Origin: Bacillales bacterium UBA6259
Lineage (GTDB): Bacteria; Bacillota; Bacilli; Tepidibacillales; Tepidibacillaceae
Assembly (NCBI GenBank): GCA_002441135.1
Contig: DJVJ01000047.1
Coordinates: forward strand, 49,078 to 113,077
DNA length: 64,000 bases
Direction of reading: 5' to 3'
The notes under the pieces are model-generated. The model was not told where the DNA came from. It was given only the letters and a program-made list of their open reading frames with translations, and searched no databases. Shown piece after piece: positions 25,240-33,642 of the stretch. The position numbers and the translations under genes are program-made. Every line of letters begins with the position of its first letter. Position 1 is the stretch's first letter.

Positions 25240-27591
25240 ATGACACAAGAATTACGGTTCACTAATTTTCCAGCTGGAGCTACGATAAAAGAGGTTCCTA
25301 CTGCGAAACTAGCAGAAACTGATACAACAATAGAATTGACAAATGATCAGGAAGCAGATGCTTCCTATTTTCGCTTTCTAGAGGAGGAAGGCATTTTTCT
25401 AAATCAACGACAATTAGAGGCTGTTCGACAGGTGGATGGGCCTACGTTAATTGTTGCTGGTGCGGGTAGTGGTAAAACAAGGGTGCTAATTAGTCGAGCA
25501 GGCTATTTATTAATGGTGAAGAAGGTAAAGCCGGAAAATCTCCTGATTGTGACCTTTTCTAAAAAAGCAGCAGATGAAATTAAGGATCGAATTACAAAGC
25601 TACCAAATCTTCCTCAAGGAATTGGAAAGAGACTTCAATCAGGTACCTTTCACTCCATTTTCCTTTGGTTGCTTCGTAAACAAGGGTATACTGAAAAAAT
25701 ATTGGCCAATGAAAAATATAAAGAGCTCATTATCAAAATCCTATTAAAGGAACTAGGGCTACAGGATGCGTACCAGCCAGAGACATTACTTGCATTATTT
25801 TCATCCTATAAAGTAAATATGAAGACCATGGAGGAAATCCCGGAGAAAACATCGATAGAAAAAGAATTAAAACAAATCTATCGATTATATGAAAATTGGA
25901 AGAAGGAAAATCATTATCTCGATTTTGATGATATTCTGTATCAATCCTATTCTCTATTAGGTTCTAATGAAAAACTATTAACGCTTTTGCAGAATCGTTT
26001 TCAATACATTATGGTAGATGAGTTTCAGGACACTAATCCTATATCTTATCAACTCATAAAATTGCTTGCTGATGGTCGGGAAAATCTATTCATTGTAGGA
26101 GATTCAGATCAAACTATTTATAGCTTCAATGGCTCAGACGTTTCAGCTATCCTTAATTTCCCTAAGGAGTATCTTGATTGCAAAGTGATTACCCTAGATA
26201 TTAATTATCGCTCAACCACCAGTATTGTGGGACTAGGAAATGCAATTATTAAACACAATGAAAATCGCTACTCCAAAAACCTTAAAGCAACCAAAGTTAA
26301 TGATCAAACACCCAAATTCTTAAGACCTGTTCATAGTGATGAAGAAGCAAAAAAAATTGTTGATCACATAGTTGAACAAGTAGCAGAGAAGAAAAGAAGC
26401 TATAGTGATTACGCGATATTATACCGTACTGCTTCCAGTAGTCGGGCAATTTTTGAACGAATGGTTCTTGATGATATTCCATTTTTCTCTTTTAATGAGG
26501 GAGATATGTTTTATAACAATAGCATTATAAAACCGGTGGTTAGTTATTTCCGGTTAACCTTAAATTCAAATGATTTGGACGCTATTGAGGCAATTTTACC
26601 ATCCTTATATATAGCAAAAGAGCGTGCTATAGCACATATTCAAGAGGAGGAGCTTTTTCAACCTTCTTCAAAGCAAAACCAAAATCACTTAATGACATTA
26701 CTAACCTTACCCGATTTAAAAGAGTTTCAGAAAAAACAGCTGAATGAACGCTTACAAATGATAAAAGGATTAAAAGAAAAAACTGCCATTGAGGCGATTC
26801 AAGAGATCAGAAAAAGCTATGATAAGTATTTAGAGACGGATGATCGTAAAAGCCTCACCTTGAATAAAGAACTTTATAGTGAAATGCTCGATGAACTAGA
26901 GTCGTCAGCCAAACGCTTTAGTAGTATAGAGGATTTCCTTTCCTTTATAGATTTAATGAATCAAAAAAATCAACAAATGAAAGAACTGAAGCAGGGGTCA
27001 TCTTTAGACGCAATTAATCTAATGACGATTCATAAATCTAAAGGTTTAGAGTTTCCATATGTATTTGTGATTGGGGTTTCTGAAGGAATACTGCCCCATT
27101 CTTCTGCCATAGAAGTAGATAAATTTGATCAGTTAAACAAGAACAAGCAAAATGAAGCCATTGAGGAAGAACGAAGGCTACTTTATGTTGCAACTACAAG
27201 AGCAATTAAAGAAGTCTATATTAGTTCTCCGATGATTTACCGTGGGAAAAAGATTGAGGTATCAAGATTTTTACAGGACGTTTTTTTCCCTAGTAAAACA
27301 AATGGGGAATCAAACAAAAAAACAACAAAGAATAATAACCCTCATGCTACTAAACAGAAGGTGGAAATAGAGGCTTGGATTTGCTCAAGTTCTTCCTGCA
27401 ATATCTGGCAACGGATAGATGAGGACCCGAAAACTAGCACAAGCCTTATCAAAACAAACACAAACATCATCAAAACAAACACAAACATCATCAAAACAAA
27501 CACAAACATCATCAAAACAAGCACAAGCCTTATTAAAAAAAATTGCCCCGTGTGTGGGGCAACGATGAATCATGGGAAAAAGAACCTATAA
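25240..27591 (+). CDS. UvrD/PcrA-superfamily DNA helicase (YjcD-like) with a C-terminal repeat-interrupted zinc ribbon
   Basis: Walker A AGAGSGKTR, DEFQDTN, and the helicase motif VI region YVATTRA. C-terminus reads CSSSSC ... (IKTNTNI)x3 ... CPVCG. AAAGGTGA RBS before ATG 25240. Confidence 0.85.
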   Translation: MTQELRFTNFPAGATIKEVPTAKLAETDTTIELTNDQEADASYFRFLEEEGIFLNQRQLEAVRQVDGPTLIVAGAGSGKTRVLISRAGYLLMVKKVKPENLLIVTFSKKAADEIKDRITKLPNLPQGIGKRLQSGTFHSIFLWLLRKQGYTEKILANEKYKELIIKILLKELGLQDAYQPETLLALFSSYKVNMKTMEEIPEKTSIEKELKQIYRLYENWKKENHYLDFDDILYQSYSLLGSNEKLLTLLQNRFQYIMVDEFQDTNPISYQLIKLLADGRENLFIVGDSDQTIYSFNGSDVSAILNFPKEYLDCKVITLDINYRSTTSIVGLGNAIIKHNENRYSKNLKATKVNDQTPKFLRPVHSDEEAKKIVDHIVEQVAEKKRSYSDYAILYRTASSSRAIFERMVLDDIPFFSFNEGDMFYNNSIIKPVVSYFRLTLNSNDLDAIEAILPSLYIAKERAIAHIQEEELFQPSSKQNQNHLMTLLTLPDLKEFQKKQLNERLQMIKGLKEKTAIEAIQEIRKSYDKYLETDDRKSLTLNKELYSEMLDELESSAKRFSSIEDFLSFIDLMNQKNQQMKELKQGSSLDAINLMTIHKSKGLEFPYVFVIGVSEGILPHSSAIEVDKFDQLNKNKQNEAIEEERRLLYVATTRAIKEVYISSPMIYRGKKIEVSRFLQDVFFPSKTNGESNKKTTKNNNPHATKQKVEIEAWICSSSSCNIWQRIDEDPKTSTSLIKTNTNIIKTNTNIIKTNTNIIKTSTSLIKKNCPVCGATMNHGKKNL
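27427..27531 (+). repeat. Five tandem 21-bp in-frame repeat units (A-B-B-B-A' arrangement) inside the helicase CDS
   Basis: Three identical units ATCAAAACAAACACAAACATC (27448-27510), flanked by variant units containing AGCACAAGCCTTAT. Encodes PKTSTSL-(IKTNTNI)x3-IKTSTSL. Confidence 0.95.
27535..27562 (-). terminator. Minus-strand intrinsic terminator for the MCP/DUF294 operon, embedded in the helicase 3' coding region
   Basis: On the minus strand: TTGCCCC-ACACAC-GGGGCAA followed by T8. Lies 40 nt downstream of the minus-strand stop at 27602. The same bases encode NCPVCGA on the plus strand. Confidence 0.7.
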
Positions 27592-27601
27592 ACTTATAAA
27601 C

Positions 27602-29569
27602 TTATAAACCTCTTAAATAGGAGCCTGGCAACGCGACATGCTGGATCGTTTTTGACTTAAACCAGCGTGCGGTCATAAGGGCTCTTTTTAAATCTAATCG
27701 TTCTTTTTTGGATAAATGGCTCGGATTAATATACGGGTTTAGCTTCTGCCCCTTTTTTAATTGATTTAAAGTATGCTTAATTCTGATTAACATTAAGTCG
27801 TCTAATGCTTGAACAATTTCATCCTGTTCATCTGCAGTAATAATACCTAACTCTACTATTTTAGCAAGTCGATCCCAAGAATTTGTGCAATGAATTCCAT
27901 GCTTTAAGGCAAACAGTCTTAAACCATTAATAATTTGCATCAACCCATGATGTTTAATATCGAGCATTCCAGCATTTTTTCCTTTTTCCGTAATAAAACG
28001 TCCAAATCGAGAAATCGCAACATCGACTTGATTTAGGTCTTCAGCTAGCAAATGAAGAAAAAGAGGAGGTATTTGCTGCTCGGTAAAAATATATTTTTTC
28101 AGCTCTTCAGCTATGGTAGATTCCCCATATATCATTCGAAAATCAACTAGAATGGAAATGTTTCGCATCATTTCTGGCTCACGCTTATAACTCCATAATT
28201 GGAGCTTTTTAAAATAACCATCGATTGAATCTCGCCAAACTGGATTTGTAGCCATTACATTTCCCTTACATTTAGGATAACCACAGAGCTCTAATCCGTT
28301 GATAACTCGATCTGCTAAGGTGTAGAAGTATTCATCTGCTTCTTTTTGCTTTCCTTCAACAACATTGGCATATATCAGTCCATTATCTTGGTCGGTTTGT
28401 AATGCTTGTTCTCTTCTCCCTTCACTCCCTAAAGATAGCCAACAATATGCTACAGGAGGAGGTCCATAGCCTTCCTCCGCCATTTTCTTCTCAACAAGAT
28501 AAATAATTTTACGAGTGATATGGTCACTAATCTCGGTGATAATGGAGGTAATATCTTTCGCTGGTACATGTTCATCTAACAACTGTGTAATAATTGGATT
28601 CCACTTTTTTGTAATCAAAGCGAGCTCATCAATTGTCGTTGCTTTTTCAATATTTTTAATCATTGTCATCGAATGGTCGGTAATAGAGCGGATCAAATTT
28701 TTCATCGTAATGATACCCACTAGATGATCTTGATCGATTACAGGTAAATGACGAATGTTATGCTTAATCATTAAATGAACGGCATCATAATATAAATCAT
28801 CAGGATGAATACTGATTAGCGGTGTTGTCATAAACGAATTAACAAATAGTTTTTTTTCAACAAGCGATTCTGTATCTGCTTTTCCTTTTTCAGATTGTTG
28901 AGCTTGATAGTAACTCGTAAACGCCTTGATAATATCTTTTTCAGTAACAATTCCAATAGGATGGTTATTTTCATCAAGAACAACGACAGAACTCACCTGA
29001 CGGGTTAAAAGCTGATTTGGGATATCCATAATGTGCTTATCTGTGCGACAAGTAACTACAGGATGACTCATTAATTCAACTACCTTTTTATGATGTCGGT
29101 GAGGATGAATTGGGATTGGAGCTGTGTCCTTTGCAATATGGTGGTAAAGCTCTCTTAGACGAGCTGTTACTAATTTTGCGACTCCTTCAGTAAAGAAAGG
29201 ATAGATATTCATCAGCTTTTCAAAAATAGAAATAGGTACAAGTAAAATAGTGGTATTCTCCATTGTACGAATGCTGTATGCAAAGCCTTCTCCTGACATG
29301 GCATGAATTAAACCAAATACATCTCCAGCGGTATAGGTTTTAACAATCACTTCTTCTTGTTGATCGTTCAGGATTACATTTTTGGCCAGTCCATCAATCA
29401 TGATAAATATCCCTTGAATTTCCTTTTCATTTTGTTGCACGACAAGTTGATGAGCAGGAAAATCTTTTAACTCTGAAACAGCAACAATTTCTTCTAAAAT
29501 ATCCTTTGGTAGCTTTTGAAACAGTGGAATGGAAGCTAAAAAAGATAGGATGGTTCTAGGCTCCTTCAT
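27602..29569 (-). CDS. Cyclic-nucleotide-binding + CBS-pair + DUF294-type putative nucleotidyltransferase protein
   Basis: 655 aa. N-terminal cNMP-binding-like beta-roll region, two CBS repeats (MSHPVVTC ... VVVLDENNHPIGIVTEKDI; MTTPLISI ... HLPVIDQDHLVGIITMKNL), then GSEGRREQALQTDQDN, a nucleotidyltransferase-like motif, and a helical C-terminal domain. Confidence 0.75.
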   Translation of the reverse strand: MKEPRTILSFLASIPLFQKLPKDILEEIVAVSELKDFPAHQLVVQQNEKEIQGIFIMIDGLAKNVILNDQQEEVIVKTYTAGDVFGLIHAMSGEGFAYSIRTMENTTILLVPISIFEKLMNIYPFFTEGVAKLVTARLRELYHHIAKDTAPIPIHPHRHHKKVVELMSHPVVTCRTDKHIMDIPNQLLTRQVSSVVVLDENNHPIGIVTEKDIIKAFTSYYQAQQSEKGKADTESLVEKKLFVNSFMTTPLISIHPDDLYYDAVHLMIKHNIRHLPVIDQDHLVGIITMKNLIRSITDHSMTMIKNIEKATTIDELALITKKWNPIITQLLDEHVPAKDITSIITEISDHITRKIIYLVEKKMAEEGYGPPPVAYCWLSLGSEGRREQALQTDQDNGLIYANVVEGKQKEADEYFYTLADRVINGLELCGYPKCKGNVMATNPVWRDSIDGYFKKLQLWSYKREPEMMRNISILVDFRMIYGESTIAEELKKYIFTEQQIPPLFLHLLAEDLNQVDVAISRFGRFITEKGKNAGMLDIKHHGLMQIINGLRLFALKHGIHCTNSWDRLAKIVELGIITADEQDEIVQALDDLMLIRIKHTLNQLKKGQKLNPYINPSHLSKKERLDLKRALMTARWFKSKTIQHVALPGSYLRGL

Positions 29570-29629
29570 TTTGGCTCTCCTCTACGTGTGTTCTTCTTAA
29601 TCTAACTTATCTATTCTTTCAATCTATAT

Positions 29630-31258
29630 CTATTGTTTAATATTAAATCGGTTAACTATCTTTTCTAGGGATTGAGATTGATTATTTAAAAGCTCTGCAT
29701 CCTTAGACAAAGAAATAACATCATTACTATGAGACTCCATGGTGATACTTACTTCTTTTGCAGCTGTGGCAAAACTAGCGCTAATCTCAGATATATCCTG
29801 AAACGTTTTTTGGATGCTATAGCCATGAGTAATTAATAGCTGTGCTTTTTCTTCATTATTTAAAACTTGTTCTTTGGTTTGTTTGACCACACCATTGAGA
29901 GATTCAATTGCCTCACCAGCTTCCTTTACTAAAAGCAACCCAGCTTCAATCTCCCTTTCTCCCTTTTCGATTGTTGTAGCAGAGCCCATTATTTCTTCAG
30001 TGATCTGGCTTAATAAGGCAAAAATATCTTTAGAAAAAGTGGAAGTTTCTTCTGCGAGCTTTCTAATTTCCTCGGCAACAATGGCAAATCCCCTTCCCTC
30101 AGCTCCAGCATGTGCAGCTTCAATAGACGCATTTAAAGCTAGCATATTGGTTTGTTTTGCAATATTAGTAATGGAGGATATTTTGCCCATAATCTGTTGA
30201 GAGTGGTGATTTAAGAGTTCGATCGATTGTGCAGACTCGTGGATGACTTGATTAATTTGATTCATTTGGTTTTGTGTTTGTTGAACCGCAGTAATTCCGC
30301 TTGCCGCGGTGTTAAATGCGCTTTCTGATAAAGAAACGCTTTCAGCAATGGATTTTTGAATCTCATCAGCAATGTGTAATATTTCATCTACCTTCTCTTT
30401 GGCATTATCTAGAGAATACAATTGTGTATCCGTACCAGCACTAAATTGCTCCATAGTCGCTGTTAACTCTTGGAAGGCACTAGATAATTCATTAGTGAAT
30501 TGAGCCTGCTTCAGACTAATATTATTCATATTCTTAGAAGAATGACTTAATTCTAAAATGATAGATTGAATACCTATGGCAACCTTGTTTAGTTCATAGC
30601 CCATCTGATGGAATTCATCCTGGCCTTTTGGTTCGATTCTTTTCACTAGATTTCCCGAAGAAATATTTCTTGTCATCTCATACCAATCATAGATGGAATG
30701 TTTCAAGTTTTTATAAATCATTGTTGATAAAAGCATGGAAGTAATAAGCCCGGTGCCCCCAATCATTATTAAAGGTGCTGGCGTTGGATTTAATATTCCA
30801 GCCGTAATGACAGAAGCAAGCACAGGAATAGTGGATAATGAATAAAGAATTGGGCTTAAAAAAGTTTTTTGTACAATTCGACCTAATCGCAAATTATAGG
30901 ATTGGTTATCCATAGTGATAATTCTGCAAGAGGCATCAATTAGGATTTCACCAGTGTTTCGTTTATAGAGTTGTAATAATGGTTCTAATGTTTTTGAAGA
31001 TTTTTGTCCGACCTCATCACTAAATAGTGTTCCTTCTCGCAAACGATTGGTATGGAGAACACCTAAGCCAACTTGATTCACCATTACAAAATATTCATCT
31101 TTTTTTAATTCTTGATCAAGGATTGCTCTAATTTTGCTTTCTGTTTCTATATTATAGTTAATCGCGCTTAATAAAGGAGATAGCTGATTTGCTACTCGAA
31201 CTACTTTTTTAAGGGCACTTTTAGCAGATTTGCTGTTTAATAATTTATTTTGATTCAT
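29630..31258 (-). CDS. Methyl-accepting chemotaxis protein with an N-terminal cytoplasmic sensor-like domain and a TM hairpin
   Basis: Conserved signalling tip NMLALNASIEAAHAGAEGRGFAIVAEEIRKLAEE. GGGGGAG RBS favours ATG 31258 (MNQNKL) over the track start at 31291. Confidence 0.9.
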   Translation of the reverse strand: MNQNKLLNSKSAKSALKKVVRVANQLSPLLSAINYNIETESKIRAILDQELKKDEYFVMVNQVGLGVLHTNRLREGTLFSDEVGQKSSKTLEPLLQLYKRNTGEILIDASCRIITMDNQSYNLRLGRIVQKTFLSPILYSLSTIPVLASVITAGILNPTPAPLIMIGGTGLITSMLLSTMIYKNLKHSIYDWYEMTRNISSGNLVKRIEPKGQDEFHQMGYELNKVAIGIQSIILELSHSSKNMNNISLKQAQFTNELSSAFQELTATMEQFSAGTDTQLYSLDNAKEKVDEILHIADEIQKSIAESVSLSESAFNTAASGITAVQQTQNQMNQINQVIHESAQSIELLNHHSQQIMGKISSITNIAKQTNMLALNASIEAAHAGAEGRGFAIVAEEIRKLAEETSTFSKDIFALLSQITEEIMGSATTIEKGEREIEAGLLLVKEAGEAIESLNGVVKQTKEQVLNNEEKAQLLITHGYSIQKTFQDISEISASFATAAKEVSITMESHSNDVISLSKDAELLNNQSQSLEKIVNRFNIKQ

Positions 31259-31438
31259 TGTACGCTCCCCCATTGAATATATCTTAGACATCTATTTTTA
31301 AATTGTTTTCGCTTTTCAACTGACAAAATCCTCTAAAATGAGATAAGTTTTTTAAAAATTAAGAAAACTATAAAAGAAAAATAAAAATTAAAAAGACAGA
31401 GGGGTTTAATCCTCTGCCATAATCTTTTCTAGATTAAA

Positions 31439-31651
31439 TTAAACTTTATCTTTTTCATCCTTCTCCTCGTGATGATGGCTATTTCGATAGGCATATTGCT
31501 CCTGCATATCTGAATCTGAATCAGGAAAATCATCGTCTCCACGAAGATAAACCTGAGGCTCATCCTCTAACCCTGTTGTTTTCTGTTTAGAATAAGAATT
31601 CCATGCAAAAAAGAGAAGCAACAGAATTCCTGCTAATACTAACCACATCAT
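31439..31651 (-). CDS. Small membrane-anchored acidic protein (70 aa), function unknown
   Basis: N-terminal TM helix MMWLVLAGILLLLFFAW, then an acidic, His-rich tail. A minus-strand hairpin (CAGAGG/CCTCTG) with a T-run lies downstream. Confidence 0.5.
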   Translation of the reverse strand: MMWLVLAGILLLLFFAWNSYSKQKTTGLEDEPQVYLRGDDDFPDSDSDMQEQYAYRNSHHHEEKDEKDKV

Positions 31652-31822
31652 TTATTATCCCTTCTTATCTTTATATTTTTTGCTTAATATTCCAAAAAAA
31701 GCTATTTTCTATACAATATAAAAAGGAGCATTTTACACCTTTAGCTTCTTTGATTAAAATAGAAGGGTGAACAAGAACACGGAAGCTAGATTAATCATGT
31801 TTAAAATAATGAGGTGCAATTC

Positions 31823-32341
31823 ATGATTCATCCAACAATATACGATAATATTAAGGTAGTATTAGAAGGGGAAGTTTATGATTTAGATTTAGCAGGAAAG
31901 ATTAAAATAGTTCATCGAGAAGATATGATGGATTTAGCAAGCCTTTCTCGGCTATATAGAATTGAATTTATGATTGAAGGTAAAGAAGAACAATCTGCAA
32001 TGATTGAACTTGTGGTTACTGCAGAGGATTTAAGTAAGGAAATCCTAGAGCTTGAAGAAGTAGAGCAGCTTGGCTGTACTCTAATAATTTACTTTTCCAC
32101 ACCTGTAGCTGATATCGCAAAGGAATGCCAAGAAATAGAGAAAACATTGACTGAGCTATGGGAACATCGGCCAGTGATCAAACAAAAAATTACATCCGTG
32201 TTTTCCAGTGAAAAATCAGCATTAATCCAACCAAAGAATGAGATTAGTTTACATTTTGGTAGAAAAATTAATGAGGATAACATTGCAGATATCGAAAATT
32301 TAGTAGAGTATACCTATCTTTCCTTGCTTCAGTTGTTATAA
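31823..32341 (+). CDS. Hypothetical protein (~172 aa)
   Basis: ORF with a GAGGTG RBS before ATG 31823. No motif recognised. Confidence 0.5.
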   Translation: MIHPTIYDNIKVVLEGEVYDLDLAGKIKIVHREDMMDLASLSRLYRIEFMIEGKEEQSAMIELVVTAEDLSKEILELEEVEQLGCTLIIYFSTPVADIAKECQEIEKTLTELWEHRPVIKQKITSVFSSEKSALIQPKNEISLHFGRKINEDNIADIENLVEYTYLSLLQLL

Positions 32342-32386
32342 TAGTTCCATAACATAAACCTTAGAATTTTCATAGAGAAAGGAATA

Positions 32387-32593
32387 ATGATTATGTCTAA
32401 ACCAATATATGATTCTAAACAACAATTAAGTTATATTAAAGCCAAGCTCGATTTGATTACGCATATGGTAAATCATTTGGATGAGAAGGAAATAAAAGAA
32501 AGTGATTTTTATAATCTCGAATTAGAGCTAAGGGATTTAGTGAAGAAAACTCGATTATTCCAATATCGTAGTGAAGGAAATAAAGAAAAGTAA
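32387..32593 (+). CDS. Hypothetical small helical protein (66-68 aa)
   Basis: ORF after an AGAAAGGA RBS. Charged, coiled-coil-like sequence with no family recognised. Confidence 0.45.
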   Translation: MIMSKPIYDSKQQLSYIKAKLDLITHMVNHLDEKEIKESDFYNLELELRDLVKKTRLFQYRSEGNKEK

Positions 32594-32766
32594 AAATAAA
32601 TTAAAGCAAAATAAATTAAAGAAAAAATTTTAGAGAAGTAATGACACCTCAGGCCAGTAAATTCATTGGTCTGTTTTTTTTAGTGGATGAACAATTTGAA
32701 AAAGGAAAAAATACTTTTTAGAATAAATAATAACAACATAAAATTCTTACATAACTGAGGTGTACG

Positions 32767-33567
32767 ATGAACTTTTATATCGCTTTAGATAAAGGTATTG
32801 ATGTGGTTGGTGATATACATGGTTGCTTTGATGAATTAGTAGAGGGTCTAGTTAAGCTAGGATATAAGAAAAATGAGATGAACGAAGGGTATTATCACCC
32901 TGAAGGGAGAAAGCTTCTTTTTTTAGGAGATATGATGAGTAGAGGACCACTTTCTCTAAAAGTGATGCGGTTAACCATGGATATGGTAAAGGAAAATCAA
33001 GCCTATGCGATTGATGGAAACCATAATTGGAAGGTTGCCCGCTATTTAATGGGGAAAAAGGTGCAAATGAAGCATGGTGACGACCGTTTTGTAAAAGAAC
33101 TAGCTGAATATGAAAAGGAGCATGGCAAGCAAAAAACAGAATCATTTATAGAAGAAATGAAGGAGTTTCTTTTAGCTTGTCCATCTCACTATATAATTAC
33201 AGATCAGGGCAAAAAGTTGGCAGTAGCAGTTCATGCAGGAATTAGGGATAGTGATATTGGATTAGACAAGCCTGCGATACGTGAATTTACCCGTTATGGC
33301 GATGTGGCAGGAATGGCCGAAAATGGGAAGCCAATTCGTCGGGATTGGACATTACATCATAAAAATGAACTACTCATTTTTTGGGGGCATGATCCCAAAC
33401 CAGAACCAAAGCTAATCAATAACACCATCAATCTTGATCAGGGATGTGTATTTGGGGGAAGATTAACCTTTTTCCGCTATCCTGAGCAGGAAATTATACA
33501 GATTGATGCAAAAGAAAATTATAGTGGGGAAACAGATCATGCCATAACAAAATATTTTAGAGGTTAA
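32767..33567 (+). CDS. prpE: Bis(5'-nucleosyl)-tetraphosphatase PrpE (metallophosphoesterase)
   Basis: GDIHGC, GDMMSRGP and GNHNWK motifs. Overall collinearity with recalled B. subtilis PrpE (RRDW, INLDQGCVFGG). Confidence 0.85.
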   Translation: MNFYIALDKGIDVVGDIHGCFDELVEGLVKLGYKKNEMNEGYYHPEGRKLLFLGDMMSRGPLSLKVMRLTMDMVKENQAYAIDGNHNWKVARYLMGKKVQMKHGDDRFVKELAEYEKEHGKQKTESFIEEMKEFLLACPSHYIITDQGKKLAVAVHAGIRDSDIGLDKPAIREFTRYGDVAGMAENGKPIRRDWTLHHKNELLIFWGHDPKPEPKLINNTINLDQGCVFGGRLTFFRYPEQEIIQIDAKENYSGETDHAITKYFRG

Positions 33568-33642
33568 CGAAAGCATTTTTTTAAGATATATTTAATATAT
33601 CAATAATGGTAAACTTCACCATTTAATAAGGAGGCGTTTTAT

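Noticed and set aside
27427-27531. Possible CRISPR-like array formed by the 21-bp repeats.
   Set aside because: The units are contiguous with no spacers, lie in frame inside the helicase CDS, and no cas genes are present. This is a coding tandem repeat.
13117-27591. Two UvrD-superfamily helicases (HelD, YjcD-like) and a CPBP/Abi-type protease as a possible anti-phage defence island.
   Set aside because: HelD matches the housekeeping RNAP-recycling factor closely. The second helicase is collinear with the conserved Bacillus YjcD type. They are separated by about 10 kb of transport genes. No nuclease, TIR, Sir2, RT or toxin partner lies adjacent.
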